Shown: positions 14,192 through 27,229 of the stretch, piece after piece
How the letters are laid out: each line of letters starts with the position of its first letter
Numbering within the stretch: the first letter of the stretch is position 1
Assembly: GCA_051294375.1 (NCBI GenBank)
Contig: CM119266.1
Span: forward strand, 14,237,463-14,301,462
Origin: Paraspadella gotoi
Taxonomy: Eukaryota > Animalia > Chaetognatha
DNA: 64,000 nt
Direction of reading: 5' to 3'
The notes under the pieces: generated by a model
What the model was told of the DNA's origin: nothing
The model's database searches: none
What the model saw: only the letters and a program-made list of their open reading frames with translations
Position numbers and translations under genes: made by a program

Positions 14192-17100
14192 ATGACGCCG
14201 TCAACAATGTTGGAGGGCGTCGCTCATCTCAATGCTTCGCTGGAGCTTGTCACTCCGCGACCTAAGGTTTTTTTTTCATATATGATAATATGAACATCAC
14301 AAGAATACAACAACCTTACCTTTTTCTTCAGGAATGGTGGGAACCGGAAATCGGTATCCGGCCATCCGCCGAGATTCCCTCTTGGTCTCATGGGATGGTT
14401 ATGATGATGCTCTTTTGTCAGGCAACGACAGGTGAGTCTCATTTTGGCTTTCGCTTAGCTAAGCCTAAGGCCAGTTCATCAGGCTTTTTTTTTTGTTCTT
14501 TAATAGGAACGTTCTTTAATTTCGGAGTTCTATCTCTCTTCATCAAGAGAAAGGACTTCGCATCCCCCACCAACACCATAGTTCAGGCGTAAGTTATGAT
14601 TGAATGATTTACTGAGCTTTAATGAATTAATTATTAATTAGCCGATTTACTCAGCTCACCCATTTAACCACAGGCTGGCCGTCTCTGACCTCTTCATGTG
14701 CTCCTTTGGAGTACTAACCCCAATGATAGCCTCCTATCATCAGACGTGGCCCTTTGGAAAAATCGGGTGTTACTACGATGGTTTCGTGCACTATCTTGGG
14801 GGTAAATCAAATCGAGGATTATGATACAAAAAAGGCATTTAATCATTTAAATAAGTAAAAGTAGAAAGAAAGGGTTTCTTCATTTGTGAAAATTTAAATC
14901 TGGAAAATGATTTTGACCTACAAGTTTGAATTGCTGAGTTATTTAAAATTGAATTAATATCTAGAAAAAAAATTATATTCCAATTTGTTTTCTCAGGCTT
15001 AGTGCAAATTTACACCCTTGTCATCATCGGTGTCGATAGATACATCTGCATCACGCGGCCAATGTCGCCGCTGAAGTTGAATCAAGCCAAAGCCAAAATG
15101 TTCTGCGGTCTAGCCTGGGCGCTCGCCTTTATCATATCCTTCTTTCCTTTCCTGGGCTGGAGTAGCTACGTTCCAGAAGGTAAGTGCAGTTCACGAAGCC
15201 CCTATCGGTTAAACAATGAATATTGAATGCCATCAAATCAACCAAAACAAAAAAAAAAAAAAAACAGCGAGCAACCACCCAGCCAAACTTTGCAACCAAT
15301 CATTGAAACCAATCATTGAAACCAACGTCAGGGGCAAGATAGCTTATTTATTAAATGAATGGATAATTTTTATATTGATTGTACCAATTTCATATATATA
15401 TTATATATTGCGGAAAATATAAAAATCCTTCAAACACTTCTAGGACCAATGACGACCTGCGGAATCGACTGGTTCAGTCGCGACCCTGTCGATCAATCCT
15501 ACATCATCATGATCTTCATCATGAGCTTTATTGCTCCCTTGTTTATTCTCTGCTTTTGTTACTACTTTGTATATGCGACGGTAGGTCTAAAATTGAAACA
15601 TTTAGTTGTAATCGTAATGTAATGTTATAAAGTTATTGTAACATAATGTGTAAATATTACCATAATAATCATAGGCAATAAATGTATTTTTTAAGAAGTC
15701 CATATTTTGTTTTAAATCAATTTGAGCGGAGCGGTTTATATTTAATGTTTACAAACAATGAATTTTTAATTTCAAAATGGACTCGTTTCGACTTTGATAC
15801 ATTTATTTTGTTTTTTTTAGATAAGGAACATTGCCCGGAACGGAGTTTGGGACATCAACTCCGAAAAGGGGAAAAAGAATTTAGCAGCAGAGAAGAAAAT
15901 GTTAAAAACCAGCGTCGCCCTGCTTAGTAAGTACAAAATGTGTTTGGTGTTCCCTGCCCTTAAGAATCGTGGAGATTGTATAGAAAGTTTTTAGTTTTCT
16001 TTGGTTGCTTCACTGAATTTTGTTTCTCGCGGATGCGACTTTATTGAAATTTATTATTACAACTAAATTTAAAAAATAAAAAATCATTAGGCATTCCAAA
16101 TATCAAGGTGGTGGCAGCAAGACTTAAAGCTGCCTCACTGCTGTCCGACTCTTCAGCCTCGTCTCAATGGCTGAGCAGGCTAAATCATCTCATTCCATCC
16201 GTGCGTCCCGGGTTCAATCCCTGGGTATCCCGGTTCTGGCTTAAATGTGACGGTGCCGGTATAAACATGCCATGACAGGAGGTGGTCACTGAGGGTCCGC
16301 AGCCCCTACGCCAGTTGGTGAGATACCCGCGCCCCGGGTTATCACAGGCTATCCTCCCGTTGCCATAAAGGTCCAAATATAAAAAGATAACCGTTTGGCA
16401 AACAAGCACCACTTTTCCTCCCCACAAATTTTTTTTATTCATCTCAGTTTCCTACATCGTCTGCTGGACGCCCTACGCCCTTGTGGCGTTCGGCAACGCG
16501 TTCGGCGACCCCAACGCCATTCCGATGTTCCTCCAGTGCTTCACGCCCATCTTCGCCAAGACGCAGGCCACAATGGATCCCATCCTTTACGTCGGAACCA
16601 ACAAAAGATTCCGGTTAGTTCACTGTTAAGAACTGTTAAGAACCACCAAAAGTTATACATATGTTAGGCCAATTTTAAATTTACACGATTATCCACTTTT
16701 CAGAGAGGCCTTCTTCGAAATGCTGCCGTGCAAATGCATGGCGGACGAAGACGACGAGGACGATAAAAAAGGCAACAAAGTAAGCTTTTCAATCTGACAG
16801 AACGTTTCGCCTCAAGAAACTTGTACCATGATGGAAAAAAAAAAAAGTGCCGCGGTTTGGAAAAGCCAGTTAATTTTATTAAATTTAATATTAAATTTAA
16901 TTCCAAGAAAGGTTGTCTCTAACTGTTTTCACTTCTTTTTGATTAAGAGAACTTCTTCATATTATTGTTAAAATTATATCTCTGACATAATATTTTTTAT
17001 CAGATTTGGGGCAAAAAATGATCCTTAGCAAGCAGTAAAAAAGATTGATCAAACCAGGCTTGAGTTGCTGCTGCATAATATGATAATTTATTTTATCATT

Positions 17101-17428
17101 TAGTGGAGGTGGTCGAGATTAAAATGGTTAATAAAATGAGATGAATCGATTTATTGAAATCAGAAAAGCGAATGGAATCTAATTGGCTAATTGTACAAAG
17201 TGGCATTAATTTTTCTAAGGAGAGAGAGATAAATTTTGATTTACATTTGTAAAGTAAATAATTCTCAAAATATTTCAAAATAAGGTAAAGTTTTGAGACC
17301 AGCGTTTGAACATAAAAAAATAATTTATTAGAATTTTTAACGAATTAATTTCGACCGTATCCTTTTAGGTTGCCCCCGCGGAGCAAACTCAAATCACGGA
17401 ACAGACGGAGGCGACGGACGCTGCGTAA
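14192..17428 (+). CDS. Opsin (class A GPCR), xenopsin-like
   Basis: Ten exons: 14192-14266, 14332-14431, 14507-14588, 14674-14801, 14997-15179, 15444-15580, 15821-15926, 16448-16613, 16704-16779, 17369-17428 (TAA). Motifs GTFFN, LAVSD, WPFGKIGCYYDGF, DRY, GWSSYVPEG..TCGIDW, CWTPY, retinal-binding Lys in FAK (codon 16558-16560), DPILY, GTNKRFR. ICL3 GVWDINSEKGKKNLAAEKKM and DPxxY resemble mollusc/flatworm xenopsins as recalled. Confidence 0.92.
16111..16368 (+). mobile_element. tRNA-related SINE-like repeat, copy 2 (opsin intron 7)
   Basis: Matches 2229-2485 with a few small indels and substitutions. AAGGT occurs at both ends (possible target-site duplication). Confidence 0.8.
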
Positions 17429-18340
17429 GACATGTCCGTCTTTATCGCCGAGTGACACGTCCGGGAACCGACGCTCTCATTTCGCGTCTCTTAGTCGAAT
17501 TTTTTTGCCATGGACAATGTAGTTGGATTTACACACATCACGGAAAATTATTAATTGATAGTTCTGAAAATGTTTGGCCTCACCTCGACATTATTTCTCT
17601 TTGTCTTTCTATTGTCTTTTTTCTTTATTTCTGTATAAATCTTTTTCCTCTCACTCTCATCAGTTCTTTTATGCTGTTTTCATGCGCGTCTCAACGACTT
17701 TTATTGTATTCGTCTTTAAAAAAATGAATCATTGCTTTGTTCTTTCCGTCTTGGCGCAGAAAAAAAAATTGCATGTCCAATTTATTTTTTGATCGATTTA
17801 ACATCCTGGCTCTACACAACGATCACGCGAGTTTTCAGTCTTATTGTGAACGACATCATTCGTTGGTCTGTTATTGTCCATTTAAAACAATGTGTTTAAT
17901 TTTAGATTACAATTTAAAATGACGTGACTCACTTTTGTCTTCAAGGTTTACAATTACAAATTCTAAAGCCCCAATTTTGAAATTTTTTTACTGCGATCAA
18001 AATCGAAATTCAGTCAGAATATTTACTAATATTAATACATGTTTCAATTTTATGGCCATAAAAGCATTAAAACAAGGATTAACTTTTACAGGGTCTTCGA
18101 GCTATTTTGGGAATAACTTTGTCTTTGCGCCTTTATTACTTAAGAACGGTCACATGTAGATTAAAACCGAAAATATTTTTAGAAACGTCATGATCTTAGT
18201 TTTATGCCCAAACATATTGATAGAAAAATGGATATTTTTACGCGACACGTCAGTATTTGTTGCGCAAAATTAGATTATTTGTTAGATATAAACAAACTTT
18301 ACAGCTTTACAGTTTGATTAAAATTATTGATAAATAAATA

Positions 18341-18486
18341 ATTTTACTTTCGCCGACAGGGGTTTAGGGTTAGAGGTGGTTTAGGGTTAAGGTAATCAAG
18401 TAATAATTTTTTAAAACAATTTTTAAATAAGTATTTTTAAGTGGTTTTTCAAAAGACGCCATAACCCCGGTTGGCGAAAGTAAAAT
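18341..18486. mobile_element. MITE with 24-bp terminal inverted repeats and internal TTAGGG-like repeats
   Basis: Left ATTTTACTTTCGCCGACAGGGGTT matches the reverse complement of 18463-18486 (ATTTTACTTTCGCCAACCGGGGTT) at 22/24 positions. Internal GGTTTAGGGTTAGAGGTGGTTTAGGGTTAAGG. Confidence 0.75.
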
Positions 18487-20838
18487 ATTTACCAAAAATC
18501 AAATACATTTTTGGAATCTGATATAGACTAACCTTAGGACAACGTCACTGACTTTTTCAACTCAGTGATGTCGCGACAGTCGGGATAGTTCAGATGTGCG
18601 CAGTCGCAAAAGTCTATACTTCCTTCGGGAGCCATTTAGTAAGATTGGTAGTTGCTAATAAGGCTTACAATAATGGTGATTTGTTCTAAATACATTTTTT
18701 TATAATCGTACCAATTTTGAAAAGATTATTTTAAATTTTACTGCTTTAAATTATTTAATTTATTCCCAAAATACCTCGAAGACCCGGCTTTGAATGTTCT
18801 TTTGTAAGAATTGTAATCATTAGAGGTCGTTAGTAATTTGTATATGGAAACATTTTTCCCAAGAAAACAAATGCTTCACGGAATTATTTCCGACAAGGAA
18901 GACGTTTCGAATTATTTTTAAAGAATTAGAAATATATTTTCAATTTGTCAAGTTAAAGTTTTTTATTTTGTTTTTCTTCAGAAAGAAGTCAGTCACAACT
19001 AAATATTTTTGTCAATTTGTATCTTCGAATTAAATAAAACAACAAAGAGTTCTGCTTATAATTTATTTTATCTATTACTTGTTATCATATTTGAAAGTTT
19101 TCCTAAATTGTGTAATATTTCCGATATGTATTCAAATTATTAGATTTTTAAAGGAATTCTTTTCATTGAATTTGTTTAAAACATTTTAGGTTGCCTACCT
19201 TTAATAACCTCATAATAATATGGTAATGATTTTATCCATTTACACTTTGTTAATGTTATCGTCATACAAAACTTGCGGAAGCAACAACTACGAAGACCTT
19301 AGCTTTTCTCCCAACGATGCTCTTTTGTTGCCTTGACTGACGTATTTTTTTCTTCTCGTTCTCCGTCGCGACATCTGGTTGGAATTCCTCTAAAAACCGA
19401 CGTCATCCCATGAAAGTTTGGATGACTTGTGAACTTACTCCAAGAAATGGGACGGTTGACGGCTGAGGTGGAGGTTGAGGTAGAAACCACCATGGTGGTA
19501 GAAATAATTTGTGTCTCTGTAGTGGAAGAGAAAAGTGGTCGATGATATTCAGAGAGAGAGGACGGCGCCGACGAGAAGAAATGGTAGACGAGGTGGAGGG
19601 AGATGCGGCGGGGATGGCCGCGGCGGCGGCTGCGTCGCCGGCCCTCCGGCGGAATCGGCGGCGGCGGAAAGCAATGACGCTCGGCAGGTTACGTGCCAAG
19701 ATTGTCTTCCCTGGAACAGGTTTTTTATCTTCGATGCTTTTATCCCTTTTTCGATGCCGCAGTGTATCAGAAACCAACCCGGGTTTGCCAATTTTTCTTA
19801 AGTATGACAAATATCTTTTGATTTGTATTTCTTGCCTTTTCTTGAATGCATATTATATTTTACAAGTTTGTCTTCACGATGTTACTTTTATTTTTTTATT
19901 TTTTTTTCTTTCTAGTACATTTTCTTTACATTTTTCATTCGGCTCGCAACTCGGCTTTCTTTATTCCTTTTTTTTCTTTTTTCTTCCAACTCGTACTCCT
20001 TTATAGGGTAGGCCCAGCCTTGCTATCCTTCTCCGTAGATCTTTCTCGTTCCTTAGATTTCCGTTTTCCCCGTACGTACACTTTTCTCCACCCTTCCTTC
20101 TACGTCTCCCTCCTAACCTTTACCTCCCATCATCTGCCTTTTTACTCCCACCCTCAGTTTCTCCCGTCCTAAACCACCCCAACCCCCTCCAGCCTCCCGA
20201 CCCCCCTTTGTTCCCTCTCTGAGCCTCTCAGGTGGCATGAATTTGTTGCTATTTTCTAGTCGTTCTCCCTCCTCTCCTTGGCTGCACTTTCACCTTCCAA
20301 CGTCCATATAAATACTCTACCTTTAAATATCACGGTACTTGGGCCGTACTGCACCGATGCTAACGCCCCGCCGCATTCCTTTGCCGAAGTTTCTCTCTCA
20401 TCTCTCTCTCATCCTCATCGTCTCCTCTCTTCTCTCTCTCGCTCATCTTCTCTCTGCTCTCGTCTCTCTCTCCTCTGCTCCTCTCTCCGCTTCTGCTCCG
20501 CGTTCCTACGTTCGTTTGCTTTTGTTTTTGTTCTTTATCTATCTCTTTCTCATCATCATCTCTTTCCGCTCGAATCGTCCACGTAAAGCAATTGTACGGC
20601 GGCTGGAGCTTTGGGGCAAAGCTGGCGGATCGAGGGGGACGGTCGGCTGCAGCTTTGTGCCGGCGAATGGTGCGAGGGGTCTCAATCTTTAGGAAAAGTT
20701 CGATGTGTAGTGAAGGATTGTTTCAGTAAGTTGATGTAATAGGAAATCGTCAACACTGGAGTAGTTTTTGGACAGAACTTATCCCAACAGCCAATTCAAA
20801 GATTAAGAATTGCTTTTTTTTTTTAAAACCAGTGACAA

Positions 20839-23800
20839 CGGGTTCCTCTTTTACCATCGTATTTACCTCGGCATGCGAGTGCACAAAATCGAGTGGTCTC
20901 GGGCATACTGTTCTCCGGACCTTTGCGCTACACAAAAAAAGGGTAATCAAATTTTTCCTAATGACATTTTCTTTATAAATTAATATTAAATATTAGCTAT
21001 ATAATCATAACAGTAGAATAAAAAAATTAAAAATGGTTTTAAATTTTCTTTAAAAATAAAACTATCATCATCATCCAAATCTATGAACAACTTTTCCTTT
21101 CGTTTTTGAGTCCATTAACCATTATTTACCTATCTTTATTATAGTTTATATTTGTAAATTAATTTCTCTTATTAAAATATTTTCTTAAAATTTTTTTTCT
21201 AAATAATTTTAATAATAAAAAATTATACTATCCAAATGATTGAAAAAAATTTATATTATAAAGGGAACTTCCTACCCTAAATATGGCTTCAAATAACATA
21301 TATAGTAAGTTTAATTATGATGATGGTTTGACATAGAAAATGAATAATTTATAATTAATATATAAAAAATCTTTAAACTTTTTGGAAATATCTCTTTTTT
21401 TAGCATATAAACATATTAAATTAATTAATATGTTCATTCTGATGCTCTTCTTTAAATAGCTACTGGTCATTCGTAATTATTCTCATTAATAATCAATTTT
21501 ACTACTTTTTTATTTTTTAGTAATACTGACGTCTATTTACTTAACTTTTGACAAAACCAAAAATTACTACTCCGGTATTAAAAACTCTTGTAATGAAACA
21601 GACGAAAACTTTTTTTAAAATCCACAGCTATTTAATTGTTGAAAACTGATATAACTATTATCCCTTGGACAAAATTTTAAAGAAGTTTTTAAAACAATCC
21701 ACTAGAAATTTTTAAAGGCCAAAAGTTAGGTCTGTTTAAAAAAAACATGCAAGATGCCAAAAATAAGTAAACAAAGTTATTTTCTCTGAGTATCTTTTGA
21801 AAAAACAAAAGCGTAGACAGAGGTTGGCGTGTTGCGTAATTCATACTACACTCTAAATCTGGGACCATATTCTAGAACCAGTCTTGTGTTAAATTTTATC
21901 CATAAATCTTCTACACAGTTTTTATTTATCGAGTTGACCAGTAGAAGGTTTGCTTCATTTCAACATGAAGCCATATAAAATTTTTTTTGTTTTTTTGTAA
22001 AAATAAAGAGGAAAAGTCTTGGGAATAATTACATTTAATTACCATTAAAATTTTATACTTTTATAAAATTTGCTTGTATTTTTCAAGTTTAAAGTAAAAA
22101 ACAAGCAAAAAAAATTTGTAGTACGCTTGATAAAATGTTTTTTTAAATATAAAAATTATAAAATAATAAATGCTTTTCAGCTTGATATAAACATTCCTGG
22201 ACGTCTACCTCTGTTCTGTGGAAAAGAAAATAATCATTTTTCATTATTCTTTAATCGAGCAATAGAACAAGCTTGTTTATACTGCTTGTTTAATCAAAAA
22301 AGAGAGAATAATAAAATATTCTCTAGAAAAAATTACTTAAAAACTGCTGAAAAAATAATTCCTTGAACAAAACAGACATCATATGGCGCTGTTGAATTGT
22401 AATTGAATAATTTTCTTTTAAATATAACAACCTTTATAAAGGGAATTTAATTCTATTAATTTATCATCCATTTTTAATTAAGAAAAAAAAAATTTCGCGA
22501 AAGGGTTAATTGACTGCTTAATGATTGCATTTTTTAAAGGGTTTTTTACTGCCCCCATTACGCAAGACATAAAAGGTCCATGTATTATCATGTCACTATG
22601 TTACAGATTTTCTCTACCCTTTTGCCTGAATTCTGAATTTTCTTTTTTTCCCTTTCAACATGTGATTAAATTCAAAAAAAATTATAGGAGAAGAAACGAT
22701 CCAGCATGAGGATACCGTTGGTAAGCCCTTAGTTACCCCACTTCCCGACAAATTTTTAAACAAAGGTTTTTTTTTTTCAATCTATTCTGTAACATAAATC
22801 TAACTATTGACTTATTTATTTTAAATTTTTACATCCATCTTTCGCGTATCAAACGTTTGCGTGTCAAAAAATTATAGAAAAAAAGTACGTGCGACAAAAT
22901 TTTAAAAAATCTATAGAGGAATCTACTAAATCCGCCCCTTGAACAAATATAACTGATGTTAATATTGTACGAAACTTTGATGCCCCACCTACTAAATAAA
23001 AACTGTGTAAATATACTGCTTTTCTGTCATATTAAAAGAGGCTACTGAATTAAGTTAAAACCTACAAAGCAGTCCAATATCAATATTGTATACCAATTTG
23101 ACAACCTTAAAATGTCTAGTTGGGATTGTTTAAAACTTTTAAATTTTGTCCAAGGAATAATATTATATCAGTTCAACAATTAATTAGCAATGTGATTTTA
23201 AAAAAAAGTTTTCGTCTGTTCATACATAATTTTTATACCATAATTTTTGGATTTTGTCAAAAGTAAGTAAATATAGCAGCTCCAGTATTACTGAAAAATA
23301 AAAAAACGTTATAAACATTATTATAATTGAAGAATGATACATACTGACCAGTAGCTATTGAAGCATCAATGAACAATTAATAAAATTATGTTTATTATCT
23401 AAAAAGATTCAAAGTAAATGCCTTTTTTCTATATCATTTATCTATTTATTTTTTGTTTCGAGTATGTCAAAACATCATTATAATCTTGCTAATTGTATTT
23501 GAAAGGCCTCATATTAGGGTATGGTACGTCCCGTATATTATATTAATTCTCCTCATTTGGCATAGTTATATTCTTTTTTACCGATTTAAATCTATTAAAA
23601 AAAATGATAATTGAGAACAGGTACATATTTGTTTAATAAAGAAAATTAAATTACAAAAATAACTATTAAAGATAGAATAACCCTGGTATCTCTCTGGCTC
23701 AAACGTAAAGAATTAATTGTTTCATAATTATGGATGATGCAGGCAATTTTATCTATTTTACACAAGAGACTTTTAAACCATTTTTAAATTTCTCTGTGTA

Positions 23801-23986
23801 GTTATATCTAAGGCTACTTTTTGAGTTTTAATAGCTAATTTTAATATTAAGGTTTAAACTGTCATATAGGCAATAATTTTGTATCTGACCTTTCTTGTTC
23901 GTTGTGCCGGACGACGTTCGCGGGTACATATCTCATTCTTGTGCACTCCATGCCGAGAGGTAAATCGATGTAAAATAGGAATCCGG
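20839..23986. mobile_element. Long-TIR (foldback/Mutator-like) DNA element, apparently non-autonomous
   Basis: ~20839-21725 is an imperfect inverted repeat of ~23095-23986. Flanks AGTGACAA (20831-20838) and AGTGTAACA (23987-23995) correspond to a single AGTGAACA (25856-25863) in the duplicate locus that lacks the insertion. No transposase recognised. Confidence 0.7.
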
Positions 23987-24202
23987 AGTGTAACATTAAA
24001 AAGGTTGTGTAAGTTGTCAAACACACTCAAAAAGGTATAGAGTCGGTGATAAAATAATAGTATTTGGATGTATTGATAGCAGAGCGGTAATTAAATGGAA
24101 AATTTAAATAGATCCCAACAAAAAATTAAAGAAGAGGAGAAAAAGAGAGATTCCAATTTGATAAAGAGAGAAGGGAGGAGCAGAGAAAACGAAAAAAGAG
24201 AG

Positions 24203-24246
<44 letters not shown>

Positions 24247-24515
24247 CAGGAGAGGAGGAGGAGGATGGAGGAGAGACAGAGAGAGAGATCGGCTGTCTCG
24301 GGTTAAGAGACCCTGGATGCTTTCCACCAACATTTTTCATCATATTCCGGTAGCACGTTTTCAATCCATAACCTGGCTCTCCGCTCTTTCGGGATAAAAA
24401 CAAATAGACAGACCATCGAAGATGGCGTCGATAGAATATTAAAACTTTCGCTAAAAACTGAATAACTTTAACTTTACTTTACTTTATTATGATAAAAGTG
24501 TATTACTAAAAAAAA

Positions 24516-25492
24516 ATGGTTCGACTCGATAATATAAAGCATCGCGAGAAATTAAATTCTAACGCACATTGCTTTTACTCGTAGTTCGAGCACGAAAGTC
24601 TTTTTCCTAATTAAAAAAAAGTTTCAAAAGCAACACTGCTCGTCCTTTTTCACGCAGATCAAGGTTTTGCACGATCCCGGCGCGAGATAGAAAGCTTGCC
24701 GCAGGGTCATTGGAGAAAGACTACCCCAAGTGCATGCACGGCCATGTACACCTAATCCGGGGCTCCGAAATACAACGTTCCACACCGGGTGAGTCGCGCT
24801 TGACTTTAGTCATTCTAAATGATTTTCAAATAATTTTGAAATCATTCTTTTAAAGTAGTTCACGAGGGGCTGATGTCGGCATCGACTGGGAAGGAACCAA
24901 AAACGAACTGTCTGGTTCAGCCCAGGCTTACACCAGTGGTAACGGTTCGCTTGGATTGGTTGATTTATCTGTTCCAAGTTCGACTTTACATCCAGAAAAT
25001 TACAAAATTCAGATTCACTCATCTCATTTAGGAACCTACTGGAAACAACGGAATTGCGTTTTCGACACCCCCGGCGGGCGCCGGCGCCTACAAGCCCGAT
25101 CCCAAGTTAACCCAACACGGCAAACAAGGCGGACCTTACGCCTACGCGTCCTGGCGTCCGAAGGACCCGCGCCCGCACATTGGGCCTGGTCCCCTCGATT
25201 ACTACACGGCCGACATCAAACCGCAAGCCTGGTCCAAGCTGAAGAACGCCCCTCACGCCGCCCTTTCCAGCCGAGACAAGGGCCCCCGGATGGGCACGGG
25301 ACCGGGACCCAGTGCCTACGGCGTCACCAAGAAGCACATCGACTTCCTGTCTCAGCGCGCGCCCGAGCACGTGATGGCTAGTCGCCCGGTACCCAAGGAC
25401 CCGTTCATCGTACCCGCGCCGAATCAGTACAAGACCATCGATACGAGTCTGTACAAAAAGGGAACGCCGAGGAGCTCGTCATTGGCTGAGAG
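24516..25492 (+). CDS. ODF3/CIMAP1-like SHIPPO (PGPxxY) repeat axonemal protein, 5' exons (copy A, with indels)
   Basis: Translated pieces VIGERLPQVHARPCT, TPG.GAYKPD, HIGPGPLDYY, GTGPGPSAYGV, IVPAPNQYKTIDTSLYKKGTP; donor GAG AG|GTGAG at 25492. The start codon is tentative and some frameshifts are probably sequencing errors. Confidence 0.75.
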
Positions 25493-26339
25493 GTGAGCGA
25501 AGAGGGTAAGGAGTTAGTGGCCGGAAATGTATAGTTTGTTTCAATAGATNNNNNNNNNNGCTTTTCCTACGTTCGCGTTTTGTTTTGGTTTATGTTCTTT
25601 ACCACATCATTTTTCCCGAATCGTCCAACGTAAAAGCAATTACGGCGGAGGCTTTGGGGCAAAGCTGGCGGCGAGGGGGACGGTGTGCTGCAGCTTGTGC
25701 CGCGCGATGGTGCGAGGGGTTCATGGAAAAGTTGATGGAGTAGTGAAGGATGTTTCAGTAAGTTGATGTAAGGAAGAATCGTCAACACTGGAGTAGGTTT
25801 TTGACAGAACTTATCCAACAGCAATTCAAAGATTAAGAATGTTTTTTTTTTAAACAGTGAACATAAAAAGGTTGTGTAAGTTGTCAAACACACTCAAAAG
25901 GTATAGAGTCTGGTGATAAAATAATAGTATTTGGTATGTATTGATAGCAGAGCGTAATTAAATGGAAAATTTAATAGATCCCAACAAAAAATTAAGAGAG
26001 AGGAAAAAGAGAGATTCNNNNNNNNNNNNNNNNNNNNNNNNNNNNNNNNNNNNNNNNNNNNNNNNNNNNNNNNNNNNNNNNNNNNNNNNNNNNNNNNNNN
26101 NNNNNNNNNNNNNNNNNNNNNNNNNNNNNNNNNNNNNNNNNNNNNNNNNNNNNNNNNNNNNNNNNNNNNNNNNNNNGAGAGAGAGATCGCTCTCGGGTTA
26201 AGAGACCCTGGATGCTTTCCAACATTTTTCATCATATTCCGGTAGCACGTTTTCAATCCATAACCTGGCCTCTCGCTCTTTCGGGATAAAAACAAATAGA
26301 CAGACATCGAAGATGGCGTCGAATGGAATATTAAAACTA

Positions 26340-26830
26340 TTAAAATAATTTTCCATTTAATTACCGCCTCTTGCTATCAATACATTACCAAATACTATTT
26401 TATTTTATCACCCAGGACTCTTATAAACCTTTTGAGTGTCGTTTTGACAACTTTTACACAACCCCTTTTTATATGGTCACTGTCTTTTAAAAAAAAAAAA
26501 CATTTCCTTAATCTTGAATGCTGCTTGGGTAGGTCTTCTAGTTGCCCAAAAAAGACCTACTTCGCTCAGTTGTTGACCTGATTCTTCCTTTACATTCAAC
26601 TCTTATCCTGTAAGAAACCATCCTTTCCACTTACTCCATCAACTTTTCCAATAGATACCCCTTCGCACGCTCCATCGCGCGGCCAAAGCTTGTGCGCAGC
26701 ACCGTCCCCTCGACGCCAAGCTTTTGCCCCCCAACAGCCTCCGCCGTAATTGCTTTACGTTGGACGATTGGAAAACATGATGTGGTAAAGAACATAAACC
26801 CAAAACAAAACGCGAACGTAGGAAAAGCGC
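26340..26830 (-). repeat. Inverted copy of ~25560-25975 (segment upstream of the ODF3-like gene)
   Basis: AAACAAAACGCGAACGTAGGAAAAGC (~26803-26828) is the reverse complement of GCTTTTCCTACGTTCGCGTTTTGTTT at 25560. The copy is indel-rich. Confidence 0.85.
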
Positions 26831-26851
26831 GAGGGCGGAGAGAGAGTAGAC

Positions 26852-26884
<33 letters not shown>

Positions 26885-26893
26885 CGGAGAGAA

Positions 26894-26925
<32 letters not shown>

Positions 26926-27229
26926 CGAGAGAGAGAGAGAGAGGAGAGGAGAGAGAGAAGAGCTAAATTCGGCAGTGGCGCTCTCCCGTCGGGTTTAAGA
27001 GACGACCCGGATGCTTACCAACATTGTTTCATCAATATTCCGGTAGCACGTTTTCAAATCCATAACCTGGGGCCTCTTTCCGCCGTCTTTTCGGGATAAA
27101 AACAAATAGACAGGAGACAGTCGAGATGATGCGCGTCGAAATGGAGAATATTAAAACTTTCGCTAAAAACTGTATACAGACTTTATAGCTGTTACTATTT
27201 ATGATGACAAAGTATGAAAAAAAAAAAAA

